DNA of 64,000 bases from Scyliorhinus canicula. Its lineage: Eukaryota. The notes under the pieces are model-generated. The model did not search any database and was not told where the DNA came from. It was given only the letters and a program-made list of their open reading frames with translations. The stretch is taken from assembly GCF_902713615.1 (NCBI RefSeq), contig NC_052154.1, positions 66,240,621-66,304,620 on the forward strand, read 5' to 3'. A program made the position numbers and the translations under genes. Positions 37,613 to 49,324 of this stretch are shown here, one piece after another. How positions within the stretch are numbered: position 1 is the first letter of the stretch; every line of letters starts with the position of its first letter.

Positions 37613-40600
37613 TGATGGAACCATCAATTCAGCGAACAAGTGTAGTTGGATCTGAACAGAGGCTTTAATACACTTACAACAGAGCCAGCCTATTCGTCGT
37701 TGAACTTCAGATGAACTGGCAGGCTGGCTCTAAGGCACTGATCTTTATACATCGGTCCCAGGGGGAGGAGTCCTGGGCAGAGCCAAGGGAGGAGCCCAGT
37801 ACAAACTCTCGCGTACTCCCAGAGCGACTCCCCCTGGTGGTCGGATAGTGCAACTGCACTTACAATGGTGGATAGTGAACATATATGCACGGAGTTATAT
37901 TGGAAACTATATACAGCATTGATCTTACAACGGGTAGATAACGAACATATATACATGGAGTGATATTGGCAACTATATATAGTGTGAATCACATTCACCA
38001 CATTCACACCCTGTTAAAAAAATCAAGTCCGGCGAGGGTGAAGGCTCAAAGAGTCAGTCTGTCCTGTGGACGAATTGACCGTTTTGATCTGCGGAGCACC
38101 GGGGTTGCAGCCTCTTGCGGTGGCTGGGCGGGCGTCGGGGTCTGGGGTACGGTTGCCGGCTCTGGGGCGAGTCTTGTCCGAGCCTCATACACCTCCTGGT
38201 CGAATGGAGATTTGGGGCGCGGGGGGCGGGCTGGTGCTGGCGCTCGGGACTGGTGGGGTGAGCTCGCAGAATCGGGGGCGCAAGGGGGCGCCCGCATAGG
38301 GAACGGGGAAAGGAGTTCCTCGGTGGGGGTAGATGGGGGGCTGGATCCAGCGGGTGCCAGGTCCCGGAGGGATACTGTGTCCTGGCGACCGTCCGGGAAC
38401 TCAACAAATGCGTACTGTGGGTTGGAATGAAGCAGGCGCACCTTTTCAACAATGGGGTCGGTCTTGTGCACCCTGACGTGCTTCCTTAGGAGAAGCGGGC
38501 CTGGCGTCCTCAGCCACGCCGGATGTGAGACCCCTGTGGTAGTGATCCTGGAAAAAATGAAGAGCAGCTCGTGGGGGATTTGGTTGGTAGCTGTACACAG
38601 GAGGGATCTAATTGCGTGGAGTGCGTCAGGGAGGACTTCCTGCCATTAGGAAACTTGGAGCTTCCTGGACCTGAGGGTCAGTAGGACGGTCTTCCAGACC
38701 GTCGCGTTCTCCCTCTCCACCTGTCCGTTCCCCCTGGGGTTGTAACTGGTAGCCCTGCTCGAGGCGATGCCCTTGTCGAGCAGGTACTGACGCAGCTCGT
38801 CACTCATAAAGGACGCACCCCGGTCGCTGTGCACGTAGCTGGGGAAACCGAACAGGGTGAAGACACTATGCAGGGCCCTAATGGCTGTGTGGGAGGTCAT
38901 ATCGAGGCATGGGATGGCGACAGGGAATCGGGAGAACTCGTCAATAATGTTAAGGAAGTAAATGTTTTTGTTAGTGGAGGAGAGTGGCCCTTTGAAATCG
39001 ATCGCAAGGCGTTCAAAGGGCCTAGAAGCCTTGACCAGGTGGGCCCCGTCTGGTCTATAGAAGTGCGGTTTACACTCCGCACAGATCGGGCTGGCCCTGG
39101 TGACCGCTTTTATCTCCTCGTTGGAGAAAGGCAGGTTTCGGGCTCTGATGTAGTGGGCGAGCCGGGTGACCCCTGGGTGGCAGAGGTCATCGTGGATGGC
39201 TTTTAGGCGGCTGATTTGCGCGCTGGCGCATGTCCCGCGGGATAGGGTATCCGAGGGCTCGTTGAGCTTCCCCGGTCGATATTTGATATCGTAATTGTAG
39301 GTGGAGAGTTCAATCCTCCACCGAAGAATTTTGTCATTTTTAATTTTGCCCCTTTGCGAGTTGTCGAACATGAAGGCGACCGACCGTTGGTCGGTAAAGA
39401 GGGTGAACCTCCTACCTGCGAGGTAGTGCCTCCAGTGTCGGATAGCCTCCACGATGGCTTGTGCTTCCTTCTCGACTGAGGAGTGTCGGAGTTCTGAAGC
39501 GGATAGGGTACGGGAGAAAAATGCAACGGGTGCCCTGCTTGGTTTAAAGTGGCTGCTAGCGCTACCTCTGAGGCGTCGCTCTCAACCTGAAAGGGAGTGG
39601 CTTCATCTATCGCCCGCATGGCTGCTTTGGCGATGTCGTCCCTGATGCAGCTGAAGGCCTGGCGCGCCTCAGCAGACAGGGGAAATAGTGTGGCCTTGAA
39701 GAGTGGGCGGGCTTTGTCCGCATATTGGGGGACCCACTGGGCGTAGTACGAAAAGTGCCCCAAGCACCGTTTGAGGGCCTTGGGGCCATGGGGGAGGGGG
39801 AGTTCTAAGAGGGGGCGCATGCGGTCCGGGTCTGGGCCCAGGACTCCGTTCTCCACGACGTAGCCGAGGATGGCTAGTCTGTTTGTGCGGAACACGCATT
39901 TCTCCTTGTTATATGTTAGGTTTAATTTTTGGGCCGTCTGGAGAAAACGGTAGAGGTTGGCGTCGTGGTCCTGCTGGTCATGGCCGCAGATGGTAACATT
40001 ATCCAGATACGGAAACATGGCCCGCAGCCCGTACTGGTCTACCATTCGGTCCATTGCTCGTTGGAACACCGAAACCCCGTTAGTGACGCCGAAGGGAACC
40101 CGGCCATCGGCCTCGAACGCCGTGTAGTGGCGGTCCTCCGGGCGGATTGGGAGCTGGTGGTATGCAGACTTCAGATCCACCGTGGAAAATACCCTATATT
40201 GGGCAATCTGGTTTACCATGTCTGCAATTCTGGGGAGGGGATATGCGTCTAGGAGCGTAAAGCGATTGATGGTCTGGCTATAATCGACGACCATGCGGAA
40301 TTTCCCCCCGGTCTTGACGACCACCACCTGAGCTCTCCAGGGACTGTTACTGGCCTCTATGATCCCCTCACTGAGCAGCCTTCGGACCTCCGTTCTGATA
40401 AATACCCTATCCTGCTGGCTGTACCGCCTGCTGTGGGTGGCTACCGGTTTGCAATCCGGGGTGAGGTTGGCGAAGAGAGGGGGGGGGGGGGCGATGCGCA
40501 GTGTGGCGAGGCTGCAGATAGTGAGTGGGGGCAGGGGCCCGCCGAAGCTGAGGGTGAGACTCTTGAGATTACATTGGAAATCCAAGCCTAAGAGGAGTGG

Positions 40601-42658
40601 CGCGCAGAGGTCGGGCAAGACATACAGTTTAAATTTGGAATAGCTAGCGCCTCGAATCGTTAGCGTTGCTGTAGTGCGGCCTTGGATTTGGGTGGAATGG
40701 GAGCCCAAAGCGAGGGCGATAGTTTGGTTGACGGGATAAATAGGGAGGGAACAGCGTCTTAACAGCTCTGGGTGTATGAAGCTCTCTGTGCTCCCGGAGT
40801 CGAAGAGGCACAACGTGTTGTACCCATTGATCTGGACCTCCGTCATCGAATTTCTCAGATGCTTGGGGCGCGATTGGTCGAGGGTGACCGCGTTGAGTTG
40901 CGGGCCGCGTGGTGGGTGCCCGGGGGAGTCGAATTCTTCCGATCGGGCGTCCTGTCGAGTAGATGCCGCTGCATTCTGGCGAGCTTGATGCAGGAACACT
41001 GCGCTGAGTTGCGGGCCATGTGGTGACTGCCTGGGGAGGTCGTACTCCTCCGATGAGCTGTTTGAGTCTGGGGATGCAGCTAGGGCCCGTGGATTGCACG
41101 TGGAGGGTGGTGATGAAGATGGCATCCAAGATGGCGGCCCCCATGAATCGCACGTGGCCGGCTGCATGGTGGAGGTTTGCCAAGATGGCGGCCCCCATGG
41201 ATCGCACGTGGCAGGAGGGGGCGGAGCCTGAGCATAGGCCGCAGCGTTTCGGGCCCCGCGGGCCTGCTGGTGCTGGGGGCGATGTTTTTGGGCTGTTGGG
41301 GTGTTGAGGGCTGGGACCCTTCTGCCGAGGCACACTCTAGCATCGTGGCCTTTCTTCCCGCAGCTGCTGCAGGTCGCGGATCGGGCTGAGCAGCGCTGCC
41401 GCGGGTGCTGGCTTTGTACACAGAAGTGGCAGGTTGGAGCAGTTGAGTAACTGGTTTGGGGAGCTGAATAGTGGCAGGCTGGAGCAGTTGAATAACTGGT
41501 TTGGGGAGCTGAATAGTGGCAGGCTGGAGCAGTTGAATAACTGGTTTGGCGAGCTGAGTAGCTGGCTGGGGGAGCTGAGTAATTATCTGGAGCAGCTGGA
41601 TAGCTTGAGTAGTTGACTGGGACAGTAGGGCGACCGGCTGTGGCCGCACGTTAGCTGGGGGGCCTTGCGGCACAGGCTTGAGGGGTCCTCAGGTCGGGGG
41701 CCCATGCGGGGTTAGCAGGGTCAGCGGGAAACGAGTTGAGGCTGTGGAAGGAAACTTCCATTGTGATAGCAGCCTCTACGGTAGTCTCTAAGCCCTGGGC
41801 CCCATTTTCTAATAGTCTCTGGCGTACATAGTAAGATTGAAGGCCCGCTACAAAAACGTCCCGCACAGCAAGCTCCCTATGTTCGACCGTGGTTACAGCC
41901 TGGTAATTGCAGTCATTTGAGAGATTGTTCAACTCGCGTGCAAATTCAGCTGATGTTTCAGTAGACCGTTGTCGGCGGGTCACGAACACATGGCGGGCAA
42001 AGACCTCATTCATGGGCCTAATATACATTTTGTCCAAAATCGCCAGCGCTGCGGTGTAGGAACCGGCTGGATTTAGTTGTGTGCAGTAGGCTGAGCTTTT
42101 GTTCCTCCGTAGTTTCAGCGGTGCTGATCTCGGCCAGGTAGGCCTTAAAACATTTCAGCCAGTGGCAGAAGGTTTCTTTCGCCTCTGCATCCTGCGGATC
42201 GAGTTCTAGACGTCCTGGTTTTAGAGCGGATTCCATGCTTTACTTCGGCAGCTTCTTAAGTGTATTAAATTGATGGAACCATCAATTCAGCGAACACGTG
42301 TAGTTGGATCTGAACAGAGGCTTTAATACACTTACAACAGAGCCAGCCTATTCGTCGTTGAACTCCAGATAACTGCAGGCTGGCTCTAAGGCACTGATCT
42401 TTATACATCGGTCCCAGGGGGAGGAGTCCTGGGCGGAGCCAAGGGAGGAGCCCAGTACAAACTCTCGCGTACTCCCAGAGCGACTCCCCCTGGTGGTCGG
42501 ATAGTGCAACTGCACTTACGATGGTGGATAGTGAACATATATATACGGAGTTATATTGGCAACTATATACAGCATTGATCTTACAACGGGTAGATAACGA
42601 ACATATATACATGGAGTGATATTGGCAACTATATATAGTGTCAATCACATTCACCACA
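37613..42658 (-). mobile_element. Ty3/Gypsy LTR retrotransposon, family A copy 2 (full length, defective, inverted relative to copy 1)
   Basis: LTRs at 42271-42658 (5') and 37613-38002 (3'). Gag ATG at 42236, 710-aa PR-RT-RH ORF 39203-41335, integrase ORF 38646-39452, all nearly identical to copy 1. Confidence 0.97.
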
Positions 42659-45600
42659 TGAGGGTCAGGCAGAAACGCACGTGGCAACTAGTTACCTGAC
42701 AGAGCAATCAGCTAAAGTCCAAGGATGGGTTTGGGGGGAGGGGGGGCTCGAGATTTCTCTTTTGTGGGGCTGCGGGCAAGCGGGAAAGAGAAAGAAGCTC
42801 TGACGGGTCCAAACCGGGAGACTGATGGATAGTTAATGAATGGGCACACTTTCAGCCTGAAGCTGCATTAAGAACTGGACATAGAGTCCATGTTGGAGGA
42901 AGGGAAGCCATTCCAATGAAAACATTCATATTGAGATTGGATTATGGGAAAGAATCACACGAACTTTACCTTTCATCTTCAATTTGACACTGATGTGTCA
43001 CCCAGTCACTGTGTTGACAATCTGGGGGGGGGGGGGGAAATACTGTTCTAGCGCTAGTTATTTATTTTGTTTTCTCTTATTTAACCACTTTCTGTGCTCC
43101 AGCCAAGCACTTTACATTGAATAGTCACAACATGTACTGGTGTCATGATGGTGCCAGCTCTCGGCAACAGCAGCTCAGCTAGTCTCACTCCCCCACCCTT
43201 CCCTGTGGTCCTGCAATTTTTTTCCCCTTCAGAAAATTGTATAATTGCCTTTTGAAAGCCAGATGGAATCTGCGTCCGCTACTCTCTCAGCTAGAGCATT
43301 CTAAATCCTAACCACCTCGCTGCGTAAAAAAGTTCCCCCACGTTGTTGGTGGGTCGTTTGCCAATCGCCTGAAATCGGGGGCGGGATTCTCTCAGCCCGG
43401 GACCACAGAGTGGAGAATCGGTGCCACTGGCGCTGGCGTGGTTGGCACGGTGCCGGTGGGGAGCCGCCCTACGCTGATCCTGAGGCCGTGTTGATGCCGT
43501 CGCCGACAACACTTAGCCTCAGGATCACATAATCCCACCCCAGCATCCTCCAGTTCCAAACCAACCTGCCTGCCAACCAAAACAGCTTCACTCCATCTAG
43601 ATCTCTCATGGTTTTGAGTACCTTTATCAAATCTACTCTCAACTTTCCCTTCTCTGAGGAGAATAATGACGCTTCTCCAACTTACCCTTGTAACTGAAGT
43701 CTCTCATCCTTGGAACCGTTCTTGCCAATCACTTCTGCACCCTGTCTGCAGCCTGACCATCCTTCCTCAAGTGCAGTGCACAGAATTGCAGATACTACTC
43801 TAGTTGAGGCTGATTAGGTATTATTATAAAGGTTCACTGGAACTTCCTTGCTTTTCTACACTACGGGCAAGATTGTCAGGCCCCGCCCACTGCCAGGATC
43901 GTCTGGTCCCGCCAAAGGTCAACGGACTTTTGGCTGTCCCGCACAGAGAGGCTGGAAAATCCCAGCCTCTGCCCTAGTTTACAAAGGCTAGGACACACTG
44001 GGCGGGATTTACTGAGCAACCCACCAGATGTTTTGCGACAGTGGGAGGCAGCCGGCCATTGGCTGGTGGTGGGATCTTCTGGTTGCCCGTTGAATGCACA
44101 CCTCTCCACCGGGAAACCCGCGGCCGGGACAGGTTGTCGGCAGGATCAGAAATCCCCGCCGGTATAAACGGAAGTTCTGGCCAATATGTCTATTTAACCA
44201 CTTTGGCAACTTGTCCTTCCACCTTCACTCTTTGTGCGTGTATACACCTAGCTGGAGTCAAAATAATTTGTTTTCTTCAAGGGTTGTTCTATGAGAAAAA
44301 TACTGCCTAACTTGATTTTCTTGTGGGTTACCTCTGGATTTTCAGGGGCTACTTTCTGATTTTCAGGGATTCCTTATTAATTGATGCACTATCAATTACG
44401 ACGAGATGAGAGTAGAGAGTACTTGAGGCTTTATTAAGCAGAGATGTGTTGCCTCCTGCAGCTGCTACCGAAATGGCAGCAGCTCGGTGAGCACTCACAT
44501 TTATACTCCACCTACTGGACGGAGCCAGCAGGCAGGGATCTACCCCCATACCTGTAGTACAGGAGCCTTACCGTATTACCTCTATATACATATTATACAA
44601 ACAGTGGTGACTACCACATTCACCCCCAGTTAAAAAAAGAGCCCAGCACGGGTGGTGGAAAAACTATTTACATGGTATGTGAGAAATTTTTACAGTGTAC
44701 AGTTTTGGTGAAAGTTTACAAATTTAGCCGGTCGGGTGCCTTGATCCTCTGCTGCGAGCGACGCAGTTCCGGTGGTGATGCAGACGCCGGCTTGGTCGGC
44801 TGTGACTCCAGGAGCGTGTAGTCCTCATCTTCATCCCCGGGTGGGACCAAGGGGAGGACGGATCGTCCTGGAGCGGGGACTGTGGTGAGGTGCGCTGGGG
44901 GGAGGATGGGTGACGCCGGGGTAATTGGGGGGGGGGGGGAAACCAGCAGGTGCCAGGTCCCTGAGGGAGACTGTGTCCTGGCGGCCGTCGGGGTACGCCC
45001 CGTACTGTGGGTTCGCATGCAGCAGCTGTACCCTTTCGACCAACGAGTACGCCTTGTGGATCCGCATGTGCTTGTGGAGGAGGATGGGTCCTGGAACTGC
45101 CAGCCACGTTGGGAGCGAAACCCCACAGGTGGACTTCCTAGGGAAGGCAAGGAGACGTTCATGGTGGGTTCCATTAATCGCAGTGCAAAGTAGCGATCGG
45201 ATGGAGTGGAGGGCGTCGGGGAGGACCTCCTGCCAGCGGGAGGCCGGGAGATTTTTAGGCCGTAGGGCCAGCAGGACGGCCTTCCAGACCGTCCTGTTCT
45301 TCCTCACCACCTGCCCGTTTCCCCGGGGGTTGTAGCTGGTCGTCCTGCTCCAGACAATGCCCCTGCTGAGCAGGAACTGATGCAGCTCATCACTCATAAA
45401 GGAGGATCCCCAGTCCCTGTGGACGTAAGCGGGGAACCCGAACAGGGTGAAGATGCTATTGAGGGCTTTGATGACTGTTGCAGACGTCATATCGGGGTAT
45501 GAGATAGCGAAGAGGAATTTGGAGTATTCGTCAACCACATTCAGGAAGTACGTGTTTCGGTCGGAGGAGGGGAGGGGCCCTTTGAAGTCCATGCTGAGGC

Positions 45601-47519
45601 GTTCAAAGGGATGGGAGGCCATCATCAGGTGTGCTCAGTCAGGCCGGTAGAAGTGCGGTTTGCACTCTGCACAGACCTGGCAATCTTTGGTGACCGCCCT
45701 GACTTCCGCAATGGAGTAGGGTAGGTTGTGGGCCTTTATGAAGTGAAAGAACCGGGTGACCCCTGGGTGACAGACACCATCGTGTAGGGCCCGGAGTCGG
45801 TCCACTTGTGCGCTGGCACATGTACCTCAGGATAGGGCATCGGGGGGCTCATTGAGCTTACCGGGGCAATACAAAATCTCGTAATTGTAGGTAGAGAGCT
45901 CGATCCTCCACCTTAAGATTATATCATTTTTGATCTTGCCCCGCTGTGTATTATTGAACATGAAGGCAACCGACTGTTGGTCAGTGAGGAGAGTGAATCT
46001 CCTGCCGGCCTGGTAATGCCTCCAATGTCGCACAGCTTCTACGATGGCTTGGGCCTCCTTTTTGACAGAGGAGTGCTAGATTTCGGAGGCATGGAGGGTG
46101 TGAGAAAAGAATGCCACGGGTCTGCCTGCCTGGTTAAGGGTGGCGGCCAGAGCGACGTCTGATGCATCGCTGCCGACTTGAAAGGGGAGGGTCTCGTCGA
46201 CTGCGTGCATTGCGGCCTTGGCGATGTCAGCCTTGATGTGGTTGAAGGCCTGGTGGGCCTCGGCCGTACGAGGGAAAACTGTGGAGTGGGTTAGTGGGCG
46301 GATCCGGAGGCCAGGGAGATTCTTTGGGTAACGGGGTGTACCGCGAGGGAGCAGCGCTTTGCCGTAGAGGGGTGGATAAAGCTCTCCGTGCTCCCAGAGT
46401 CGAGAAGGCAAGGTGTCTTGTGGCCATCGACTTTCACCGTCGTCGTCACGGTTGCGAGGTTGTGCGGCCAGGACTGGTCGAGCGTGATGGAGGCAAGCTG
46501 CAGCTGGTAATGGTGGGTCCCGGGCTGGTCGGCGGCGATGAGCGGCCAGATGATGTGCCCGACAAGCAGGTGTCCTGAGGCGCTGTCCAAAATGGTGCCG
46601 AAGTTGGTGCCCACAGTGCGCACGTGGTGGGCGGCATTAAAGATGGCGGCGCCCACGGGCCGCATGAGGTCTGATGAGGGCAAGATGGCGGCGCCCACGG
46701 GTTGCACGTGGGGGGTGCAGGAACAATGGGCTTGGATACAGCGGCGATCGACCGGGCCTGGCACACCGCAGTGAAATGCCCCTTCTTCCCGCAGGTCTTG
46801 CAGATTGCGCTCTGCGCCGGGCAGCGCTGCCGGGGGTGCCCGCAGAAATAGCACTTGGGCCCCCCGGGGGTTGCTGCCTGCCGTGTGGCGCAGGCTTGGG
46901 GTTGGCTGGGGGCGGCTGCAGGTGGGGCCCACGATGCCCATGAGGGGGACGCCGTGGGGTCAGGGGCGTATCATTGTACATTACGGGAGGCTACCATTAG
47001 TGAGGTCGTGAGTTGCTTGGTCGCCACGAGGTCGAGCGTACCCCCTTCTAAAAGGCGCTGGCGGATGTGCGCCGACCCCATGCCTGAAACGAAAGCATCC
47101 CTGATTAAGAGTTCAGTATGTTCAACGGCCAAAACTGCCTGACAATCGCAGTTCCTCGCCAGGATGTGCAGGGCACACCATAAATCGTCCAATGACTCAC
47201 CGGTAAGTTGTTGCCGCGTGGACAGGAGGTGCCTGGCGTAGGGCGCATCCCTGATAAAGGGAAAAATATCGGAGCTTACCTGTGAGTAAAGGATTTGGAG
47301 TTTCAGTGCTTCTGAGGGTTGTTCTGTCGCTGATCCGATGTAGGCTTCAAAGCAAGCTAGCCAATCGTTGAAGGCTGATGTGGCGTTGCCTGCTTGAGGG
47401 TGCAGCTGTAGGCGATCTGGCTTGATGCGTAGTTCCATCGCTGTAATATCTCTGCTTAATAAATTGATGCGCTATCAATTACGACGAGATGAGAGTAGAG
47501 AGTAATCAAGGCTTTATTA

Positions 47520-47962
47520 TGATGTGGAGAAGCCGGCGTTGGACTGGGGTGAGCACAGTAAGAAGTCTTACAACACCAGGTTAAAGTCTAACAGGTTTGT
47601 TTCAAACACGAGCTTTCGGAGCGCAGCTCCTTCCTCAGGTGAATGGCGAGGTATGTTCCAGAAACATTTATATAGACAAAGTCAGAGATGCTGGACAATG
47701 CTTGGAATGCGAGCATTTGCAGGTAATCAAATCATTACAGGTCCAGAGATAGGGCGTGATCACAGGTTAAAGAGGTGTGAATTGTCTCAAGCCAGAACAG
47801 TTGGTAGGATTTTGCAAGTCCAGGCCTGATGGTGGGGGGTGGATGTAATGCGACATGAATCCAAGATCCCGGTTGAGGCCGCGCTCATGCGTGCGGAACT
47901 TAGCTATAAGTTTTTGCTCGGCAATTCTGCATTGTCGCATGTCCTGAAGACAGCCTTGGAGA
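47520..47962 (-). mobile_element. Penelope-like element 3' fragment inserted in the family B 5' LTR
   Basis: Translates ..RIAEQKLIAKFRTHERGLNRDLGFMSHY, typical of the GIY-YIG endonuclease C-terminus of Penelope elements, followed by a hammerhead-like motif. Confidence 0.8.
47607..47641 (-). ncRNA. Minimal hammerhead ribozyme-like motif (Penelope-associated)
   Basis: Minus strand CAC-CTGAGGA-AGGAGCTGCGCTCC-GAAA-GCTC-GTG: CUGANGA and GAAA core boxes, stem II GGAGC/GCTCC, short stem I CAC/GTG, palindromic AGCT at stem III. Confidence 0.7.
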
Positions 47963-48744
47963 ACAAATTTATACATTTATGCACACATTTATACTCTGCC
48001 TACTGGGTGGAGCCAGTACTGCCCTGGTACCCTGAGCGACACTGCCTGTGCAGGCCTCCAAGCCCCACCACAAACCCCAAGCCCTGTAGCCAGCTCCCCA
48101 CACCCTCTCACCCTACCTTTCAAGTGTCGCCACTCCTCTGTGAGCAACAGTGGCCCGTAGTGAACTGTGCGTTCACCTCCTAACTCCCTTTGGAGGTGTG
48201 CGCCGATTTCAAGTTTTTAAAAAGCAGTAGCGAATCACGCCGATGTGACATCATATGAAGTCCTGTTCATCCAGCATGCCTGTGACCGCTGACCTACATT
48301 GGCTCACAAGCTCGATTTAAAAATTCTCATCCTTGATTTCAAATCCTTCCATGACTTAGTCCCCTCCCTCCCTCCCTCTCTCTGTAATCTCCTCCATCCC
48401 ATAACCCTAGGTATCTATTCTGCATGCCTCTAATTTTGCCCTGGTGAGTACTGACAGGTTTAATTCTTGCCCACGCCTTCAGTTCCTCAGGCCAGGAATA
48501 TCCTCACAGGACCTATCCACCTCTACCTAATTTTCCTTCAAGTTATCATTAAAACCCATCTCAGTGACCTAGCTTCTGACCACATTCTGTCCACCTTATG
48601 TGGTTGGGTGCCTAATGTTGCTTTGTAATACTCCTATGAATTACCTTGAGACGCTTTAGTACGTTAAAGGGGCTGTATGAGGATATGTTGTTGCTACCGA
48701 AAATATATCCACCACCAGCACACATACACACTCAATGCCAACTA

Positions 48745-49110
48745 TTAAGCATGCTCAGTGCCTGCTAGACCGGTTCACTGATGCTGCGCATGCTCGCTGC
48801 CAGCAGGACCGGCCAGCTGAGCTGGTGTTGCGCATGCTCTGTGTCTGCTGGCCCGGCTTGCAGACTGCGCATGCTCAGTGTCTGCGGGACCGGCTCACTG
48901 AGCTGGTGTTACGCATGCTCTGTGTCTGCCGGCCCGGCTTGCAGACTGCGCATGCTCAGTTCCTGCGGGACCGGCTCGCTGAGCTGGTGCTGCGCATGCT
49001 CGATATCTGCCGGCCCGGCTTGCAGAGTGCGCATGCTCAGTGTCTGCTGGCCCGGCTTGCAGACTGTGCATGCTCGGCGAAGTGCGGTCAGGTGACGGGT
49101 CAGGTGGTCT
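48745..49110 (+). promoter_or_regulatory. atp6v0d1 CpG-island promoter with tandem NRF1-like motifs and CLEAR-like boxes
   Basis: Nine GCATGCTC cores (six as TGCGCATGCTC) spaced mostly 37 or 44 bp apart. GTCAGGTGAC at 49087-49096 and GTCAGGTGGT at 49099-49108. Confidence 0.6.
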
Positions 49111-49170
49111 GCAGCCGCCCCGGTTCCTGATCCCTGAGACGGTTTCTGGTTCCCCTTCCCCCCCTTCGAA

Positions 49171-49300
49171 ATGGGATCTTTCAACGAACTCTACTTCAAT
49201 GTGGATAACGGCTACCTGGAGGGCCTGGTCAGAGGTTTCAAGGCCGGTATCCTGTCGCAGGGCGACTACTTGAACTTGGTGCAATGCGAGACCCTGGAAG
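49171..49300 (+). CDS. atp6v0d1: V-type proton ATPase subunit d1, first coding exon (rest of gene beyond the window)
   Basis: Translates [43 protein letters not shown](D), the conserved N-terminus of V0 subunit d. Donor AAG|GTGAGT at 49301. Lies in a CpG-rich island. d1 rather than d2 is inferred from sequence and from known AGRP-ATP6V0D1 adjacency. Confidence 0.93.
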
Positions 49301-49324
49301 GTGAGTGAGTCCCGGCCTTGGGGG

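Larger units (their letters stand above)
44382..48016 (-). mobile_element. Ty3/Gypsy LTR retrotransposon, family B (RT deleted, 5' LTR disrupted)
   Basis: 3' LTR 44382-44618 with PPT. Integrase ORF 44831-45625, RNase H ~46076-46290, protease LLDSGS, gag MELRIKPDRLQLHPQ from 47438. 5' LTR pieces at 47465-47519 and ~47981-48016. Proteins are homologous to family A but the LTR sequence differs. Confidence 0.92.

Noticed and set aside
36406-37668. 350-420 aa repetitive ORFs after agrp
   Set aside because: Same satellite in reverse orientation.
7757-42658. One giant composite DNA transposon with 5-kb inverted repeats carrying agrp
   Set aside because: Outer flanks (CTGGT vs TGAGG) are not a direct repeat; the swapped TSDs are explained by two independent insertions plus inversion.
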